A stretch of 60,613 nt of DNA from Pseudomonadota bacterium (GTDB taxonomy: Bacteria; Pseudomonadota; Gammaproteobacteria; Chromatiales; Chromatiaceae). Within the stretch, counting starts at the first letter, position 1. Every line of letters begins with the position of its first letter. Positions 56,052 to 60,613 of the stretch are shown here, piece by piece. The stretch lies in assembly GCA_052035915.1 (NCBI GenBank), contig JBPOHE010000007.1, positions 1 to 60,613 on the forward strand. Direction: 5' to 3'. The position numbers were made by a program, and so were the translations under genes. The notes under the pieces were generated by a model that was not told the DNA's origin, made no database searches, and saw only the letters and a program-made list of their open reading frames with translations.

Positions 56052-56555
56052 GCCGCAAGATTGTGGCTCGCCGGAACGACCGCCTCGACCTGGCGCGTCG
56101 TCCCGGCGCAAGCCAACGCGCCCTGACCTCGGGATGAGCCAGGGGGGCAGGGTTCTGAACCACCGACGGCTCATCGACTCCCGGGCCTCCTGCTCCTCCC
56201 TCTCCCGGGGAGACGGGGTGATGATGTATGTCATTGGGAGAAGAGCCTTTCCGTGGCACCCTTGCGCTTTTCCCGAGGGACGAAGTGACCGCGCCCAACA
56301 GCCTCCGCCAAGAGAAGGGCCGTTGAGGCGATAGTTTGACAGCGGTCCTCCCGGCTTCGAGCCGGTATTCCGCGTCTGGACGAAGGTCCGCAACCAAGCG
56401 ACGAGTCACTGACGCCGAGGATCCCGGACCCGCTTGTTTGCACACCCCGGCCACAGACACAGCATCGATAATGTCGTTTTCCCTAAATACACCACCTATG
56501 CAATGGTCAGTTTAGCCCCCAGGCCCGCTCGCCCCGGCCCACAGGAACATCTCCC

Positions 56556-59009
56556 ATGATCCGTCGAGAGTGGCTGGTTCACTTGGTCAGCGGCGTCCTC
56601 ATTTGCGGGATGGCGGTGGCCGCCTGGTTCGGCGAGCGGCTCAACAACGAGCGGCATACCGCCCAGGTCCGCGCCGCCACCCAGGAACGCTTGAACGAGC
56701 TACGCAGCCGGTTGGAAAACAATCTCCTCAGCAACATCCAACTGAGCCAGGGGCTGGTCAGCGTGATCGCCGCCAACCCGCGCCTGACCCAGGAAGAATT
56801 CATCCGCTCCGCCAGGCCTTTATTCGATGGCGGATCCCAATTGCGCAACATCGGCGCCGCCCCGAACATGGTGATTCGTCTGATGTATCCGCTGGTGGGC
56901 AATGAAAAGGCGATCGGGCTCGATTTCCGTCGTACCCCGAATCAGTTCGAGACCGCGGACCTGGCCCGTCGAACCGGGCGCCTGGTGTTGGCCGGACCGC
57001 TGGAGCTGGCGCAGGGCGGGTCCGGCCTCGTGGCCCGCATCCCGGTCTTCCTCGATGGAGACAGCGGGGAGAAAGCGTTTTGGGGACTGATCTCCAGCGT
57101 GATCGACACCCAGAGGCTGTTCGCGGACAGCGGGCTCCTCAGCGACCGATTGCCGATCGAATTGGCGATCCGGGGCAAGGATGCCGGTGGCCCCCGGGGC
57201 GAGGTCTTTTTCGGGCGCGCCAGCCTGTTCGACGAGGAACCTATCGCGGCCATCATCCCTCTCCCCCTCGGTTCCTGGGTGTTGGCGGCGGTGCCGGTCG
57301 GCGGTTGGCCCCAGCAGGCGGACAATGCCTGGTGGTTGCGTGGGGTCTTCCTGCTGGTGGCCGTCCTCGTCTTCGGTCCCATCTTCGCGTTGGGAAGAGC
57401 CCTGCGGGCTACCGAACACGCCCGGCGCCGGGCGGACACCGGCGCCTCCCGCCTGGTGGCCACCCTGGAAAACACCCCCAATGTCGCCGTGCAGTGGTAC
57501 GACCAGAATGGTCGCGGGAACTACTGGAATCAGGCATCTGAACGCTTGTTCGGCTGGTCGTCACAGGAGGCGGTCGGCCAGACGCTCGATCGACTCATTC
57601 TCAAGGCCGAAGAGATGGAAGCTTTCTTGTCCACCATGACGCAGATCGCCGGGAGCGGTCAGACCATAGGTCCGGTCGAGTTCGGCATCCACCATCGTGA
57701 CGGCTCGCCCCGCCAGGCCCTCTCCACCATCTTTCCCATTCCCGGGGATGACCGACCGCTCTTCGCGCGCATGGACGTCGACATCACCTGGCAAAAACAG
57801 GTCGAACAGGACCTCATCGCCGCCCGCGACGAAGCGCAGAAGGCCTATCGGGTCAAATCCGACTTTCTCGCCAATATGAGCCATGAGATCCGCACCCCGA
57901 TGAATGCCATCATCGGCTTCAGCCACCTGGGTCTTGCCGCGACCTCGGCGGAAAAAATGCGGGAGTATCTGGACAAGGTGTATGTCTCCTCGACCAATCT
58001 TCTTGGCATCATCAACGACATCCTCGACTTTTCCAAGATCGAGGCCGGCAAACTGGAACTCGAAATCGCCCCCTTTCAGCTCCGACGACTGGTGTGGGAG
58101 ATCCGCGACACCATGGAGCTGGAAGCCGAGGCCAAGGGACTGCGGCTCGAGTTCCAGATCGCCGAGGAGGTGCCGGATCCGCTGCTGGGGGATAGCCTGC
58201 GGCTACGCCAGGTGATCACCAATCTGATCTCCAATGCGGTCAAGTTCACCGCCCAGGGCCACATCCGGGTGAGCGCCGAGTTGGTCTCCCGGGTGGAGGA
58301 TCAGCTCCGGCTCAGGTTCTCCGTCGCCGATACGGGGATAGGTATGACCGCCGAGGAACAGGGTCGGTTATTCCGCGCCTTCAGCCAGGCGGACAGCTCC
58401 ACCACCCGGAGATACGGGGGTACGGGGCTGGGTCTGGCCATCAGTCGACAACTGGTGGAGATGATGGGTGGAAAGATCAGCCTCCTCAGTGAACCTGGCC
58501 AAGGCAGCACCTTCAGTTTCACCATCAACCTCGAAGTGAATCCCGAGCCCCATGAGCCCGCCCATATCCTCAACTCCGGCTCTTCACCGGCGGCGATACT
58601 GGAACAGGCTGCCGCCCTGTTGCGGGGCCTGCGGGTGCTGTTGGTGGAGGACAATGTCGTCAACCAGTTGCTGGCCCAGGCGATGCTGGACAAGGTCGGC
58701 ATCCTGGTCGAGCTCGCCGTCAACGGGCGCGAGGCGGTGGAGAAGCTGAGACGATCCCCCGACTACGACCTGGTGTTGATGGATATCCAGATGCCGGAAA
58801 TGAACGGCTATGAGGCGACCGGCCTCATCCGTCGCCAACTCGGCTTGACCGCCTTGCCCATCATCGCCATGACCGCCCACGCCATGAGCGAGGAACGCAC
58901 CCGCTGCCTGGATACAGGCATGGACGACATCATTACCAAACCGATCGACGTCAAATTGCTCTATGCCAAATTGGCGGAGTACCGCCAAGCGCGACCTTCC
59001 AACCGCTAG
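56556..59009 (+). CDS. hybrid sensor histidine kinase/response regulator with periplasmic CHASE-like domain and PAS domain
   Basis: A TM helix is followed by a CHASE-like region (NIGAAPNMVIRLMYPLVGNEKAIGLDF...VLAGPLELAQGGSGLVARIPVF) and a second TM helix. Then come a PAS domain, the H-box SHEIRTPMNAIIGF, N/G boxes (NLISNAVKFT, DTGIGM, GGTGLGLAI) and REC (LVLMDIQMPEMNG...KP). Confidence 0.9.
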   Translation: MIRREWLVHLVSGVLICGMAVAAWFGERLNNERHTAQVRAATQERLNELRSRLENNLLSNIQLSQGLVSVIAANPRLTQEEFIRSARPLFDGGSQLRNIGAAPNMVIRLMYPLVGNEKAIGLDFRRTPNQFETADLARRTGRLVLAGPLELAQGGSGLVARIPVFLDGDSGEKAFWGLISSVIDTQRLFADSGLLSDRLPIELAIRGKDAGGPRGEVFFGRASLFDEEPIAAIIPLPLGSWVLAAVPVGGWPQQADNAWWLRGVFLLVAVLVFGPIFALGRALRATEHARRRADTGASRLVATLENTPNVAVQWYDQNGRGNYWNQASERLFGWSSQEAVGQTLDRLILKAEEMEAFLSTMTQIAGSGQTIGPVEFGIHHRDGSPRQALSTIFPIPGDDRPLFARMDVDITWQKQVEQDLIAARDEAQKAYRVKSDFLANMSHEIRTPMNAIIGFSHLGLAATSAEKMREYLDKVYVSSTNLLGIINDILDFSKIEAGKLELEIAPFQLRRLVWEIRDTMELEAEAKGLRLEFQIAEEVPDPLLGDSLRLRQVITNLISNAVKFTAQGHIRVSAELVSRVEDQLRLRFSVADTGIGMTAEEQGRLFRAFSQADSSTTRRYGGTGLGLAISRQLVEMMGGKISLLSEPGQGSTFSFTINLEVNPEPHEPAHILNSGSSPAAILEQAAALLRGLRVLLVEDNVVNQLLAQAMLDKVGILVELAVNGREAVEKLRRSPDYDLVLMDIQMPEMNGYEATGLIRRQLGLTALPIIAMTAHAMSEERTRCLDTGMDDIITKPIDVKLLYAKLAEYRQARPSNR

Positions 59010-59129
59010 CCGCCAGGGTTGGCGCCCTTGGCTGGATTGGGCAGGCACACCTGGTTACCCGGCATGTGGTGATACCTAGACGTCGGGCAACGGAGCCCGA
59101 CTGGCCTGGCATTACAGGAATGGGTATCG

Positions 59130-59260
59130 CGCCCGGTCGTTCTGGGCCTCGACTGAAAAAGGCTTGTTTTCGTTCTTTTATGAAGAACAATACCTCAATA
59201 TAACCGTTATTATTCTCTATTTGAGAACAATAACGCTTCCAAAACCGCCACCCCCGGCCC
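59130..59260. repeat. MITE-like repeat family B copy (degenerate ends)
   Basis: The core is GTTCTTTTATGAAGAACAATACC...ATTATTCTCTATTTGAGAACAATAA. The ends are less clear than in the other copies. Confidence 0.55.
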
Positions 59261-59616
59261 TCCCCGAAAAGGGAAAAAGGAAACAGATCAAAGGGAAGAA
59301 GCCAATATCCTGGCCAGACGAAAACCCCAGGGGGAAGTCCCAGCGGCGTAGGTTGGGTTGACACCGTCAACCCAACATTCCAAGCAGCGCCGGGGAGAAA
59401 TGTTGGGTTGCGCAATACGCAACCCAACCTACGATACTTGTTAGGCCATTTTCAGGTTTCATAATTTAGCTTGGTCCCTTTTCAACTTTTCCCAAACGGA
59501 TCAGCTCGCGTAGCTCCGATTAGCGACAGCGTAATCGGAGGAATGTAGCTTTCATGCGTGCGATTACACTAGGGTAATCGCACCTACGGTCCTTTGGTGG
59601 TTGCACGTGCAAGCCT

Positions 59617-59685
59617 CCTAACACGTTCAAATTAACCGGCCTGCGCGGCTTTTCGCGCAGGTCCGATTGAATGCTGGGTTAGGGC
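59617..59685 (-). repeat. attC-like site at the 3' end of the Mrr-like cassette
   Basis: Minus-strand reading: GCCCTAAC-CCAGCATTCAATCGGACCTGCGCG-aaaag-CCGCGCAGGCCGGTTAATTTGAACGT-GTTAGGA. The TAA stop of the ORF lies inside the CCCTAAC inverse-core-like box. GCCCTAA is complementary to the TTAGGGC that begins the cassette at 60236-60242. Confidence 0.6.
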
Positions 59686-60230
59686 ACAGCGGGTTCATCG
59701 ATAAGAGCATGGCGCAAATACTCCGGATGTTGGCGAGAGGCTACAGAATGCCTGTTACCGTCGATGAGCCAACCGATGACTGGCTCAATGTTGGCCCACG
59801 GCGGTGGTTCGCTCGGGCCGCCAAGGGACTTTGTGAAATAGCTTGTGCGCCCTTCGGCCAATTGGACGGTTGCGATGCCGTGAGCCTTCGCAAACTCCAG
59901 AGCACCTGATTGAAAGCCAGAGCTAGAAAAGACCATGCCCTTCTGGGCACCAACCGACAATAGCTTGCTGTGAAGGCTCTGAATGACTTCGCGCTTCACC
60001 GGATTTTTGTAGTGCTTACACTCGACAAGCACCAGAAACTCAGCATCAAGAGCGCCGAAGCGAACGGTGACATCGATTTCGTAGTCTCCGTCGTGCCCTT
60101 CGACAACCTCGCGGTGTTGAGAGTCGTATCCGTGTAGGTTGAGGCCAAGAACATCAAGCATTGCCTTTACCTCAAGCTCAAATTGCTCAGGTGTAAGTTG
60201 GATCGGTGGATATTGGCCAAGGCGCGGCAT
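59679..60230 (-). CDS. Mrr-type (PD-(D/E)xK) restriction endonuclease domain protein
   Basis: 183 aa. FELEVKAMLDVLG...GDYEIDVTVRF...FLVLVECKHYKNPVKREVIQ...GMVFSSSGFQSGA fits the Mrr_cat core (D ... E-x-K). There is no adjacent methyltransferase. Confidence 0.75.
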   Translation of the reverse strand: MPRLGQYPPIQLTPEQFELEVKAMLDVLGLNLHGYDSQHREVVEGHDGDYEIDVTVRFGALDAEFLVLVECKHYKNPVKREVIQSLHSKLLSVGAQKGMVFSSSGFQSGALEFAKAHGIATVQLAEGRTSYFTKSLGGPSEPPPWANIEPVIGWLIDGNRHSVASRQHPEYLRHALIDEPAVP

Positions 60231-60235
60231 GCTGT

Positions 60236-60314
60236 GCCCTAACGTAGAGTTAACCGGTGGCCAAGACGACGCGAAGCGGCGTTTTGGGCGTTCGGATTGA
60301 ACGCCATGTTATAT
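60236..60314 (-). repeat. attC-like site upstream of the Mrr-like cassette
   Basis: Minus-strand reading: ATATAAC-ATGGCGTTCAATCCGAAC...CCACCGGTTAACTCTAC-GTTAGGGC, then 5 nt, then the ORF ATG. It shares conserved arms (TTCAATCSGA / CCGGTTAA) and a variable centre with 59617-59685. Confidence 0.55.
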
Positions 60315-60613
60315 CAATTGTCGTTATGACTTACCACTTTCAAAGCCAGATAGGGTCCGCTGTGCGGACCAAACATTCCAACGAAAACGAGGCGGGGAGA
60401 AGGGCCGTAGGGCCGTAGGGCGCAATAGGCGGTAGCCGTATTGCGCCGCATGGCTTTGGGTTTGATATCCGGCGCAATACGCTTCGCTATTGCGCCCTAG
60501 TGTGCCCGGCATGGGCCAAGACTTGTAGCCTGAAAGGAGGCTACCGGAGAGAGTGACGACAACCGTAGAGAAGCGCAAGGGGGAAGCCGCGAGGCCAGCC
60601 TGAAAGAAGCGTG

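Noticed and set aside
59341-60540. Possible CRISPR array, because of many short GC hairpins (GTTGGGTTGCGCAATACGCAACCCAAC, GGCGCAATAGCGAAGCGTATTGCGCC and others). Similar hairpins lie at 10380-10560 and 11399-11429.
   Set aside because: The units are palindromic hairpins of different sequence, irregularly spaced and without uniform spacers. This fits REP/BIME-like or attC-like elements, not CRISPR repeats.

Overview
High-GC proteobacterial chromosome. Hand counts of sample lines give about 60-65% GC in core genes. Gene content suggests a sulfur-oxidising gammaproteobacterium (inference): soxB, ovoA, DUF2065-hisZ-purA synteny, a haem-copper oxidase cluster with ctaA/ctaB/SCO/PCuAC maturation genes, and an AmmeMemoRadiSam operon. 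Left edge: an excisionase-like HTH gene and a tyrosine integrase abut the 3' end of tRNA-Arg(UCG), so this is one boundary of an island lying mostly off-window. The main accessory region is 9.6-14.8 kb. It is AT-shifted and bracketed by two direct copies of a 151/154-bp hairpin repeat with 10-bp terminal inverted repeats. It holds one hypothetical gene, two RelE/ParE-type toxin-antitoxin cassettes whose toxins both carry nonsense codons, attC-like imperfect palindromes, and a translationally coupled two-gene operon (316 aa + 372 aa, 12041-14102, minus strand). That operon has no function I can assign beyond a PD-(D/E)xK-like N-terminus, and it is my best candidate for an undescribed defence-type system. 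Other unusual loci: (1) an AmmeMemoRadiSam operon with a Memo-AMMECR1 fusion and a 1230-aa spermidine-synthase-like/FMN-bind/CX3CP-ferredoxin membrane fusion; (2) a respiratory cluster with a CuA-containing oxidase lacking the helix-VI cross-link Tyr, followed by a cytochrome b/4Fe-4S/MvhD fusion and a second orphan HCO-like subunit; (3) a caspase-like protease with an OmpA/TPR lipoprotein; (4) ovoA with a SLOG-type gene; (5) a YbaK-like/RtcB/VapBC/tRNA-like neighbourhood. The window also carries at least four short-repeat families, one of which has 7 copies built on paired TGTTCTC-N5-GAGAACA palindromes. The right edge (59.4-60.6 kb) re-enters cassette-like DNA with an Mrr-type endonuclease flanked by attC-like sites. 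No CRISPR array, rRNA or intact IS element was seen.
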